NCBI GenBank assembly: GCA_050916045.1
Contig: CP051526.1
Span: 2,496,001-2,560,000 of the forward strand
Length of the DNA stretch: 64,000 nucleotides
Direction: 5' to 3'
From: Tepidisphaera sp.
GTDB taxonomy: Bacteria; Planctomycetota; Phycisphaerae; Phycisphaerales; UBA1924
Below, in pieces: positions 18,900 through 27,251 of the stretch. How positions within the stretch are numbered: position 1 is the first letter of the stretch; each line of letters opens with the position of its first letter. A program made the translations under genes and the position numbers. The notes beneath the pieces are model-generated. The model searched no databases. It was not told where the DNA came from and saw only the letters and a program-made list of their open reading frames with translations.

Positions 18900-18938
18900 T
18901 CAGTGGTCGTTGGTCGTGGTCGTTCGAGCGGTCTTCAT
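18900..18938 (-). CDS. Thr-rich leader peptide MKTARTTTTNDH
   Basis: ATG AAG ACC GCT CGA ACG ACC ACG ACC AAC GAC CAC TGA; 5 of 12 codons are Thr; TACCCT -10 lies 7 nt upstream; followed by hairpins and thrS. Confidence 0.8.
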   Translation of the reverse strand: MKTARTTTTNDH

Positions 18939-19043
18939 CGCGAGGAGGGTACCCCCGCCGCCGCCGGGAAGCCACTTTGGGGGCCCGCTGCAGGCCGCCG
19001 GGCCCGCTTGAGAAAAAAATCTCGCCTGCCGCAACCATTGCGG

Positions 19044-19072
19044 TTGACAGACGTATCGGCTTTCGATATATT
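19044..19072 (+). promoter_or_regulatory. Sigma70-type promoter of padR with an overlapping palindromic operator
   Basis: TTGACA-N17-TATATT; TATCG-N5-CGATA palindrome at 19054-19068. Confidence 0.75.
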
Positions 19073-19093
19073 GGCACTGGAAAGGTCCGCACC

Positions 19094-19471
19094 ATGCCCA
19101 AAGTCCCCGGCAACGACCACGCCCAGCTCGTCATCCTCTCTCTGCTTGAGAACGGGCCCATGTACGGGTACGCCATCAGCAAGGAGGTCAGCCGCAGGTC
19201 CGACGAGCAGCTCAGGCTCACGCCCGGCGTGCTTTATCCGATCCTCAAAGCCATGGAGGCCGACGGGCTCATCGCCGCCGAGTGGGAGGAGATCAAGTCC
19301 GACCGCCGAGACGACGAAGCCGGCGAGGGCCGCCGCCGCAAGTGGTACAAGCTCTCCGCCAAAGGTCGCAAACGCCTCACCAAGCAGGTCGAAGCCCACC
19401 GCGCGTGGCGATCGATCATCGATCTCTTCATCGCGCCCGCCCGCGAGCGTGAGCCGGGAGCCGAACGATGA
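19094..19471 (+). CDS. PadR family transcriptional regulator
   Basis: ILSLLENGPMYGYAI...PGVLYPILKAMEADGLI...RRRKWYKLSAKG. Confidence 0.92.
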   Translation: MPKVPGNDHAQLVILSLLENGPMYGYAISKEVSRRSDEQLRLTPGVLYPILKAMEADGLIAAEWEEIKSDRRDDEAGEGRRRKWYKLSAKGRKRLTKQVEAHRAWRSIIDLFIAPAREREPGAER

Positions 19472-20763
19472 ACCCACTCAGACTCGTCCAAGCCGATCCC
19501 GCCCCGACGGCCGTTCCGACCCGCGACGCGGACCCCGTGGAGTCCTGGCTTTCGCTGCTCATGCCGATGCTCGACGGGCCGGCCCGCGAGCGCGAGGGCG
19601 TCGTCGATGAGCTTCGTGACCACCTGACGCAGCGGGTCCGAGACCTGATGCTCGCCGGCGTCCGCGAAGCCGAAGCCGTCAATACCGCGATTTCCGAACT
19701 GGGCGACGCGTCCGCGTTCGCCCGTCAATGGTCGTCCGCACGTTCCGCACCGAAAAGGAGACTCATCATGGGTATCGCCGCAGGTTTCGCTGTCGCCGCT
19801 TCGCTTGGTATCACCGCCGCCGTCATGGTCCCGCCGCAAGGCGGAGAGCCGAACGAGAAGAAGCCCGTCCTCTCGTCCGCGTTCCAGCCCGCGAGCGGCG
19901 AGCCCGTCAAAGCCCTCGACGGGCTGCGTTTCAGCGCCCGAGCCGGCGACACCTGGGAGCAGTTCACCCGCGAGGTCGGTGAGCGGGCGAAGCTGCCCGT
20001 CGCGATCTCGTGGACCCAGCTTCAGGCTTTGCCCTCGCAAAGCTCGATGGGCACCGTGGAGCCGACGACGCAGCTTGGCGTTGACTTCGCCGAGATGAAG
20101 CTCTCCTCGGCTCTCAGGCTCCTGAACGAAGCTCGAGGGCTTCCGGCTGGAAGCGGCGTGGACACGCGCGTGATCGACGGGTGCCTGGTCTTCTCGACCG
20201 CTTCCGCGTTCGACAAAGCCGAGTCCGTGCTCGTCACCTACGACCTCACCTCCGTCCCCGACATCGACATCGGCGGGGAAGCCAGCACCGTCGAACAGAT
20301 CAAGAAGACCATCCAGACGCTCGTCGAGCCGAGCAACTGGGCCGAAGGCGGCAACGACATCGCGACGCTTTCGGAGGTCAACCGCAAGCTCTTCATCCGG
20401 GCTCCGCGGCGCATGCACGAGCAGATCGAATGGGTGCTCCGCGAGGTCAAGAACACGGGCAACCCCGCCGACGGCGAGTCTCAAGTGGGAGCCCTGCACG
20501 CGGTTCCCGACCGACCCGTCGCGGATGTGAGCCTTGCCGGATTCTCCGCGATCGGCCCCGCCTTTCGCGCCGTTTCGGCGGAGGGCGTGAAGTTCCGCGC
20601 CGTCCCGGTGCTCAGCGCGGTCCCGGTGATGAACCGGCTCTTCACCGCCGAGGAAGCCGCACCGCTCGTCATCCGCGCGACGGGCGGCGTGATCCGGATC
20701 ACCGCTCCCGACGGCACCAGCGTCGAAGCGGAAGAGCTCCGCGTGTCACCTGCGGAGAAGTGA
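19468..20763 (+). CDS. Membrane protein with N-terminal permease-prefix/HAAS-like helical domain and secretin-N-like periplasmic region
   Basis: VVDELRDHL...AVNTAISELGD, a TM segment, then TYDLT...IQTLVEPSNW...LFIRAPRRMHEQI; overlaps the padR stop. Confidence 0.6.
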   Translation: MNPLRLVQADPAPTAVPTRDADPVESWLSLLMPMLDGPAREREGVVDELRDHLTQRVRDLMLAGVREAEAVNTAISELGDASAFARQWSSARSAPKRRLIMGIAAGFAVAASLGITAAVMVPPQGGEPNEKKPVLSSAFQPASGEPVKALDGLRFSARAGDTWEQFTREVGERAKLPVAISWTQLQALPSQSSMGTVEPTTQLGVDFAEMKLSSALRLLNEARGLPAGSGVDTRVIDGCLVFSTASAFDKAESVLVTYDLTSVPDIDIGGEASTVEQIKKTIQTLVEPSNWAEGGNDIATLSEVNRKLFIRAPRRMHEQIEWVLREVKNTGNPADGESQVGALHAVPDRPVADVSLAGFSAIGPAFRAVSAEGVKFRAVPVLSAVPVMNRLFTAEEAAPLVIRATGGVIRITAPDGTSVEAEELRVSPAEK

Positions 20764-20849
20764 CTCCGCATGCAGGGCCTCCCGCTTGAGCGGTCTTGGT
20801 GTATCATCGATGCGAGAGAATCGCGTCATCGCACCGGGAGATTGACCGC

Positions 20850-21164
20850 ATGGGCTTTGATTCTGATCTTCGGTCGCTGATCCAGAACTTGCCGCGAACG
20901 GGCGGGGGAAGCGCGGGGGTCGGTCCCGCGGGGGTCCCGGTGGCAGGAGGATCCAGCCCGCTGGCAGACTCCGCGGAGGAGATGACCTTTGCCGCCGCCG
21001 AGAAGGCGGATCAGCGGTTGCAGCGGCGCAAGCTGCAACTGCAGACGCGAGGCCTTTCCGGCGCCGGTGCCTCCCAGGTCATCGCGGGCGAACCCGTCAG
21101 CAATCCGGTGGATGAGCTCATGGTCAGTCGGGCCCTGGGCAGGGCGCCGTCCCCGGGCGTCTGA
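20850..21164 (+). CDS. Small hypothetical protein with an SctW/YopN N-terminus-like motif
   Basis: GGGAG RBS; LADSAEEMTFAAAEK...RLQRRKL. Confidence 0.5.
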   Translation: MGFDSDLRSLIQNLPRTGGGSAGVGPAGVPVAGGSSPLADSAEEMTFAAAEKADQRLQRRKLQLQTRGLSGAGASQVIAGEPVSNPVDELMVSRALGRAPSPGV

Positions 21165-21222
21165 AACCCGGGCGTGCGGCCGAGGATCCGCCGCGCCCGT
21201 CGCTTTGCGATATGATGCCCGC

Positions 21223-21711
21223 GTGATCTGCCCTTACTGCGATGCCGACAACGACAAGGTGATCGATAGCCGCGCCTCCGACGGCGGGAAGACGATCCGC
21301 CGCCGCCGCGAGTGCGTCGCGTGCGAGCGCCGCTTCACCACCTACGAACGCGTCGAGCAGACGCACCGCCTGATGGTCATCAAGCGGGACGGCACGCGCG
21401 AGCCCTTCGAGATCGAGAACGTCCTCCGCGGCATCGTCGCGGCGTGCGGCAAGCGGCCCATCCCCCAGGAAGCCCGCGAACGCGTCGCTTCCGAAGTCGA
21501 CGAGGAACTCCACCGCGAGTTCGAGCGCGAGGTCGAAAGCCGCAAGATCGGCGAACGCGTCGCGACCAAACTGAAGGACCTGGACGAGGTCGCGTACATC
21601 CGCTTCGCCAGCGAGTACTACCAGTTCAAGAACACGGATGAACTGCGGGCCGAGCTGGCCCTCCTCGACCAGCGGGTCAAGGACGTCAAGGAACAGCAGA
21701 AGCTGTTCTAG
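21223..21711 (+). CDS. nrdR: Transcriptional repressor NrdR
   Basis: CPYC...VIDSR...IRRRRECVAC..RFTTYE, ATP-cone, DEVAYIRFAS. Confidence 0.97.
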   Translation: MICPYCDADNDKVIDSRASDGGKTIRRRRECVACERRFTTYERVEQTHRLMVIKRDGTREPFEIENVLRGIVAACGKRPIPQEARERVASEVDEELHREFEREVESRKIGERVATKLKDLDEVAYIRFASEYYQFKNTDELRAELALLDQRVKDVKEQQKLF

Positions 21712-21745
21712 ACCGGCTTCGCCGAAGCTTGAGTACACTGCGACC

Positions 21746-22342
21746 ATGGCGCGCGGCCGCAAGCGAATCTGGGTCGGAGGCGCCCTCCTCACCGTGGCGA
21801 GCGTGCTGGCAGGAGCGGTCATCGCATCGCGGTGGTATGGGTTGGGATGGTGGCGAGGTCGAGCGGACGTCAGCGGGGTTATTCGGTACGACTGGATCTC
21901 GTTGCGGTCAGGCCGCATCGTGGCTTGCTCACGCAGCGACATCATGAATTGGTTCATGCTGAACGGTCCAGAAGCGCAAAGTTGGCACTGGAAGAATCAA
22001 TGGCCGGATGGATGGGTGGGGCAACAAATCACAAACGGACCTTCGGCCGCTATGGAAATGGAAAGACGCGGCTATTCGGTCCGTGGCCTGCGGCGCTTCG
22101 CGTGGGTCTTCAGTGATCGTTCCGTGACCGCCGGTCTCTGGATAGTGGCTTGGCCCATTCCCTTCTGCATCGCGGCGGTCGGCGGTTTCACGCTTCATCG
22201 CGGGCTCCGCATCCGTCGACGGCACAGCGCCGGGAAGTGCCGAAACTGCGGCTACGACCTCAACGCGACTCCGCAGGGCAAGCCCTGCCCGGAATGCGGC
22301 ATGCGAGACTCGAAACTCGCCACGGAGAGGCAAGCCAACTGA
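21746..22342 (+). CDS. Hypothetical membrane protein with C-terminal Zn ribbon
   Basis: Two TM segments; CRNCGYDL...CPECG. Confidence 0.6.
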   Translation: MARGRKRIWVGGALLTVASVLAGAVIASRWYGLGWWRGRADVSGVIRYDWISLRSGRIVACSRSDIMNWFMLNGPEAQSWHWKNQWPDGWVGQQITNGPSAAMEMERRGYSVRGLRRFAWVFSDRSVTAGLWIVAWPIPFCIAAVGGFTLHRGLRIRRRHSAGKCRNCGYDLNATPQGKPCPECGMRDSKLATERQAN

Positions 22343-22351
22343 GCAGCACCC

Positions 22352-23533
22352 TCAGAAATTCCGCGCCGTGCTGCTCTCGCGCACCACGAGCCGCGTCGCC
22401 AGCCGCGTGCAGATCGTCTCGCCCGTCCGGTCCTCGATCCGCCGCACCAGCAGCCTGACCGCCATCGCGCCCATGTCCTTCATCGGGAGCGACACCGTCG
22501 ACATGTTCGGCCGCACGATCCGCGAAAGCTGCGAATCGTTGAACCCGACGATCCGGAGCTGATCGGGGATCTTGATCCCCGCATCTTCCGCCGCCTGCAT
22601 GATCCCCACGGCGATCTTGTCGTTGGCCGCGAGCACGCCCACGCACCCATTGGAGCCGCCCAGCTTCTTCTTCCCGATCATCCGGATCCCCCACTCCTTG
22701 CCCCACGCGATCGAGTAGTCGCCGAGCGTCACCTGGTCGCCGACGGGAGCCCCGCCGGAAGCCCCGAGCAACGCCGCGGAGAACGCCCGGGCCCGCTCGA
22801 TGGTGTCGAAGTTCCCCTTGGGCCCGCCGACGAAGTACAGGTTGGTCGGCTCAACCCAGCGGAGGAGGTGCTCGACGGCTTCGCGGGTGCCGCGGTCGTT
22901 GTCGAGGATGACGCTGTCGAGGCCCTTGCCGGAAAGATCGGTATCGATCACGACCGTCGGCAAGCCCGTCGACAGGACATCCTGCGCGAGGTGGTCCTCG
23001 GTCTCGGTGATGACCACGAGCAGGGCATCGATCAGGTTGGACCCCACGATGTGCCGACGGGCGTGCCCATCATCGCTGGTCGCGATGGTCGTCATCATGA
23101 GGTGGTACCCGAGCCGGGCCGCTTCCTCATCCGCCCCGTGCAGGAGCCACGTCATGAACTCCCCGTGGAAGCGCGGCAGAGCGAGCCCGATCACGTGGCT
23201 CTCGCGCGAGCTGAGCACCTGCGCGAGCGGGTTGGGCACGTACCCCATCTGGGCGATGACCTTCCGCACCTTGGCGAGCGTCCCCGGCGCGACGGTCGTC
23301 GGCTTGTTCACGACGCGGCTGACGGTCGCGATCGACACATTCGCCGCGGCCGCGACATCGCGGATGGAAACACTGCCGCCCCCACCACCCCCACCACCCC
23401 CACCATTGCCCTGCACCGGGAGCGCAGCGTTCTCGCCCGCGAGCGGCTGCTCGCCCGGAGCGGCGTTCGTTACGGATGCAGCGGATGTGAGGGGTGTCGT
23501 GGCGGGCGTGATTGCGTGGGGGTGCTTCTTCAC
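22352..23533 (-). CDS. LacI family transcriptional regulator
   Basis: SIRDVAAAANVSIATVSRVVN HTH; ANDKIAVG, IPDQLRIVGFND, LVVREST; start uncertain. Confidence 0.93.
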   Translation of the reverse strand: MKKHPHAITPATTPLTSAASVTNAAPGEQPLAGENAALPVQGNGGGGGGGGGGSVSIRDVAAAANVSIATVSRVVNKPTTVAPGTLAKVRKVIAQMGYVPNPLAQVLSSRESHVIGLALPRFHGEFMTWLLHGADEEAARLGYHLMMTTIATSDDGHARRHIVGSNLIDALLVVITETEDHLAQDVLSTGLPTVVIDTDLSGKGLDSVILDNDRGTREAVEHLLRWVEPTNLYFVGGPKGNFDTIERARAFSAALLGASGGAPVGDQVTLGDYSIAWGKEWGIRMIGKKKLGGSNGCVGVLAANDKIAVGIMQAAEDAGIKIPDQLRIVGFNDSQLSRIVRPNMSTVSLPMKDMGAMAVRLLVRRIEDRTGETICTRLATRLVVRESSTARNF

Positions 23534-23609
23534 GGACGAAACGGTAGCGACCCGTCAAGTCCAGGAGCCCGAGTCTTCCGATGTTTTCGCGAAGTCGCCG
23601 CATCGTGCG

Positions 23610-23624
23610 TGTAAACGGTTTTGC
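23610..23624. promoter_or_regulatory. Possible LacI-family operator upstream of the lacI-type gene
   Basis: TGTAAACGGTTTTGC, an imperfect palindrome with central AAACG-GTTT. Confidence 0.4.
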
Positions 23625-23654
23625 GGTGCGGTCACAGTATCTTCTTCTACTTGC

Positions 23655-24398
23655 TTAGCACCCCGCTTCGAACGCCGCGACGAACGCGTCAAAGTCGAAG
23701 AAGTCCACGAAGTCGTCGCCGTTGAAGTCCGCGCTCCCCCCGCCGCACTCGCCCGTCTCAAAGCACGTGACGTAATCGAGGAAGTCAAAGAAGTCCAGGA
23801 ACCCGTCCCCGTTGAAATCCGCAGCGCAACCCGAGCCCCGCTCCAGCACGACCGCGTCGAAGTTCACCTGCGCGCCCGCGCACGAAAGCGTGATCACCAG
23901 CGGCAGACCGCTCGGCGTTCCCGAAGGCACCGTCCCCGTCACCCGGTAGACGCCCCACTGACCCCCGGCCGGGGCATCGGCGAGCAGAATCACCCGCCGA
24001 GCGATCGTCACCCGGGCATCGCCCGTCCCGGCTTCGAGCAGGAGCGTCGTGTCGCGATACGGGCAGCACGGGTTGGTCCGACGGCCGACGGCGACCGTCA
24101 GCGTGTACGCCGCGCCCGGGATCGCCGCGGTCGTCAGTTCCTGCCGAACCAGCCCGCCGTTGCTGTACGCGATGGTCGAGCCTTCGTAAGGGGTGATGTC
24201 CCAGCAGCTCCCCGGCCTCCACGGGCCGGCCCCGCTCGGGATCACTGTCCACGCCGAATTGACAAACCCGTCGCGAAACGCGCAGGGCTGGGGGGGCGTG
24301 GCTTCAAACCCGGGATCGTCGATGGCGATCGGCTGGGCGGACGCCGATGCGGCGAGACAGACGGCGGGAAGAACGAACGAGGCGAACGGATGCTTCAT
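23655..24398 (-). CDS. Secreted GC-type dockerin domain-anchored protein
   Basis: Signal peptide ASASAQ; C-terminal CAADFNGDGFLDFFD...ADFNGDDFVDFFDFDAFVAAFEAGC. Confidence 0.85.
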   Translation of the reverse strand: MKHPFASFVLPAVCLAASASAQPIAIDDPGFEATPPQPCAFRDGFVNSAWTVIPSGAGPWRPGSCWDITPYEGSTIAYSNGGLVRQELTTAAIPGAAYTLTVAVGRRTNPCCPYRDTTLLLEAGTGDARVTIARRVILLADAPAGGQWGVYRVTGTVPSGTPSGLPLVITLSCAGAQVNFDAVVLERGSGCAADFNGDGFLDFFDFLDYVTCFETGECGGGSADFNGDDFVDFFDFDAFVAAFEAGC

Positions 24399-24517
24399 GG
24401 CTTGGTTCCTTGAGAACGCACCATGACAGCGCGGCCGACCGGCGGCGCGTCCGACGATTCTCCGCGCCGGTGGCCCCGAACGGAGATCGCCGGCAGCTCC
24501 CAAGCTGTCCGCCAACC

Positions 24518-25399
24518 TCAGCAGCCGGCTTCGAACGCCGCCACGAACGCGTCGTAGTCGAAGAAGTCCAGGAAGTTGTCGCCGTTGAAGTCCGGCTGGT
24601 TCCCGTTGCAGTCGCCGGTCTCAAAGCAGAGGACGTACTCGTCGTAGTCGAAGAAATCCAGGAACCCATCCCCGTTGAAGTCCGCTTGGCACTCGCCCCC
24701 GCCCGCTCCCGGCATCGACAGGATGAAGTCATACCCGGCCTGGTTGGACGCGGACCCGAAAGCCCGCCCGCCGACGGTCCCGATGATGCGGTACTCGCCC
24801 GGGGGGAGCGTGCCCGTCACGTCAAAGGTCGTTTGCTCGGCGGGGAGAAACTCGGAATAGAAGAGGATCGCCCAGTTGAACCCGTTGAACACCTGCAAGA
24901 TCACCGTCGACCCAAGATCCGGACCCGTCCGGAACCGTGAGCCCGTCAGCTGGTAGTCGATCTCGTGCTGCACCGTGAAGTTGAACTGAACGGAGTTGCC
25001 CGGGTTGGACGAGAACATCACCGCCGTCCCCGCTCCGGTCACCGAAGCGTCAAGATCGGAGACCGCGCTCGCGCTGATCGAATCGATCTCGTACGCCGGG
25101 CCCTGCACCGCGTAGGTGTACCGGATGTCCGCTCCGGTCGCCGCGCTGTACGGACGGGGCGGCTGGCCCGGCAGGGTGCCCGAGGTGCCCCCGGTAAACG
25201 TGAGGACTTCCGAATCGGACAGGAGAAGCGTGCTTCGGGCCCGCTGGTCGCTGCCTGAGTGCGTGTCCGCGCCGGCTCCGTACACATAGTTGTAATTGAG
25301 CGACGACGCCCGCCCGGTCAGGATCTGGGCCGAAACGTCGCCCGCTCCCAGTGTCGCCAAGACGCCGGTCGCCGCCACGGTCCACGAATTCAGTCGCAT
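24518..25399 (-). CDS. Secreted GC-type dockerin domain-anchored protein
   Basis: Signal peptide; C-terminal CQADFNGDGFLDFFDYD...FVAAFEAGC. Confidence 0.85.
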   Translation of the reverse strand: MRLNSWTVAATGVLATLGAGDVSAQILTGRASSLNYNYVYGAGADTHSGSDQRARSTLLLSDSEVLTFTGGTSGTLPGQPPRPYSAATGADIRYTYAVQGPAYEIDSISASAVSDLDASVTGAGTAVMFSSNPGNSVQFNFTVQHEIDYQLTGSRFRTGPDLGSTVILQVFNGFNWAILFYSEFLPAEQTTFDVTGTLPPGEYRIIGTVGGRAFGSASNQAGYDFILSMPGAGGGECQADFNGDGFLDFFDYDEYVLCFETGDCNGNQPDFNGDNFLDFFDYDAFVAAFEAGC

Positions 25400-25552
25400 G
25401 GGTTCCTCCGCTTCGAGTCTCGCAGTCTACCGAAACCCGGGGGCGACGCCAGGGAGAAAGTGCAAAGCAGGCGGACCTGCGCTTCTCGGACGCTGTCGCT
25501 CGGGCCGGAAGCCGCCTCGGACCGGGAATCCCCGCCCGTTCTATCCTTGCCG

Positions 25553-26125
25553 ATGCACGCCGACCTGGAACGCACCCTGGTGACCCGTGAACAGATCGCT
25601 TTCCGCGTGTCGGAGATCGGCCGCCAGTTGGCGGCCGACCTCGCGGTGGACATGGCCGGCGACCGAGACGGCGCGGGCGGTGAGAACGTGGTGATCATCC
25701 CGGTCATGACGGGGGCGATGGTCTTTACCGCCGACCTCATCCGCCAACTCCCCATCAAGCTCAGCCTGGGGCTGGTCGCCGTGAGCAGCTACCCCGGAAA
25801 ATCCATGGAATCCAAGGGGGTCAAGATCGCAAGCGAGCTCCCCCACGACCTGGCGGGCAAGCACGTCGTGATCGTCGATGACATTCTCGACAGCGGCCAG
25901 ACCCTGGGCGTCGTCCGCGAACTGATCGAACGCCAGAAGCCCGCGAGCGTGCGGTGCTGCGTGCTGCTCAAGAAGCCCGAATCCGCCCGCAAGCGGCACG
26001 TCGACGTCGAGTACGTCGGATTCGAGATCCCCGACGCTTTCGTCGTCGGCTACGGCCTGGACTACGACGGGTACTACCGCAACCACCCCGAGATCGCGAC
26101 GCTCAAGCTCGACGTGCTGAAGTAA
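25553..26125 (+). CDS. hpt: Hypoxanthine phosphoribosyltransferase
   Basis: VSSYPG, VVIVDDILDSGQTL, FVVGYGLDYDGYYRN. Confidence 0.95.
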   Translation: MHADLERTLVTREQIAFRVSEIGRQLAADLAVDMAGDRDGAGGENVVIIPVMTGAMVFTADLIRQLPIKLSLGLVAVSSYPGKSMESKGVKIASELPHDLAGKHVVIVDDILDSGQTLGVVRELIERQKPASVRCCVLLKKPESARKRHVDVEYVGFEIPDAFVVGYGLDYDGYYRNHPEIATLKLDVLK

Positions 26126-26138
26126 CCTCAAGCAAAGA

Positions 26139-26168
26139 CAGAGCCCGCGCCGTGGGGCGCGGGCTCTG
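26139..26168. terminator. Hairpin between convergent genes
   Basis: CAGAGCCCGCGCC-GTGG-GGCGCGGGCTCTG; minus strand followed by TCTTTG. Confidence 0.7.
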
Positions 26169-26199
26169 CATGATCCGAAAGTCATGTGGCCGTCTTCAC

Positions 26200-27108
26200 T
26201 CAGCGGCGACGGCGGCCCGCCGCCAGCGCGCCCAGCCCGAGGAGAGCGAACGTGCCGGGGGTGGGGACGTTCCCGCCGTAGAACGGCAGGTGCACTTCGC
26301 CCGACTGATTGAACGAGCTCACAAAGACCGAGCCGTCGATCGCCGTCGAGTTGGTGAGGTGAGCGAGCGGAGCGAGGATCGCGCCGTTGAAGTTGCGGTC
26401 CAGGCTGATCGTGGTCGCTTCGAAGAAGTTCCAGATCACGTTCGTGCGGGCGAAGGTGGAAGTCCAGCTTCCGACCATGTTGCCGTTGTTGAAGTTCACG
26501 GTCGTGCCCGCGACGTTGATGACGATCTGGGACGCGCCGTTGATGTCGAGCTCGATCTGCTGGATCAGGCTGTTGTTGAAGACGTTCCCGGCGTTCACCG
26601 AGAAGACCGCGATGCCGTCAAGCCCGGCGTTGGCGGTGTACCGCACCGCGCCCGGCTGGCCGCCGGGGAAGGTCGCGACGCTGTCGGCCGCGAGGGACCG
26701 CAGGCTGCTCGAAAGCGTCACCATCTCGCTGGCCATCGTCGTGCGGAGGGCGCCGAGCGTGTTGTCCTGACGGATCACACCCCCGCCGTTGCGGTTGACG
26801 TTGCCGCTGACCGCGCCGCCGTGGGCGAAGTTGCCGGCTTGCAGGTTGATATTCGACACCGTGGTCGTGCCGACGACCGCGAGGGAGTCGCGGTTCAGCC
26901 ACGCGCCGGCGCTGAGGTTCTTCGCGATGGTCGGCGAGCCGCCCGTGAAGTTGCCCCCGCAGAAGGCGTTGCCCTCCACGTCCTGGCTGTTGTTGTTCCA
27001 GTTGTTCAGAACGATCAGGTTCCAGGAGTTGATCACCCCGGCCTGCGCGGCGGAAACCGCGATACCACCGACGGCCATGGCCGCCGCCAACGAACGGATA
27101 TTCGACAT
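26200..27108 (-). CDS. Choice-of-anchor A (ice-binding-like) protein with PEP-CTERM-like (PTPG) sorting signal
   Basis: DVEG..FCGGN, IVINVAG, NVIWNFFEAT, GAILAP, EVHLP; C-terminal VPTPGTFALLGLGALAAGRRRR. Confidence 0.85.
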   Translation of the reverse strand: MSNIRSLAAAMAVGGIAVSAAQAGVINSWNLIVLNNWNNNSQDVEGNAFCGGNFTGGSPTIAKNLSAGAWLNRDSLAVVGTTTVSNINLQAGNFAHGGAVSGNVNRNGGGVIRQDNTLGALRTTMASEMVTLSSSLRSLAADSVATFPGGQPGAVRYTANAGLDGIAVFSVNAGNVFNNSLIQQIELDINGASQIVINVAGTTVNFNNGNMVGSWTSTFARTNVIWNFFEATTISLDRNFNGAILAPLAHLTNSTAIDGSVFVSSFNQSGEVHLPFYGGNVPTPGTFALLGLGALAAGRRRR

Positions 27109-27251
27109 GTCTGACGCTCTCCTATATGCCCCGGCTTTCGCCGCAGGCGTCTCTCTGCGAGCAACGATATTCGCGTCGATCGCCCTGTGTGTTCCCTTCG
27201 CGCAAATTCCGTCGGAGATTCTCCACCGACGCGAGGTATGATCCCGCACGG

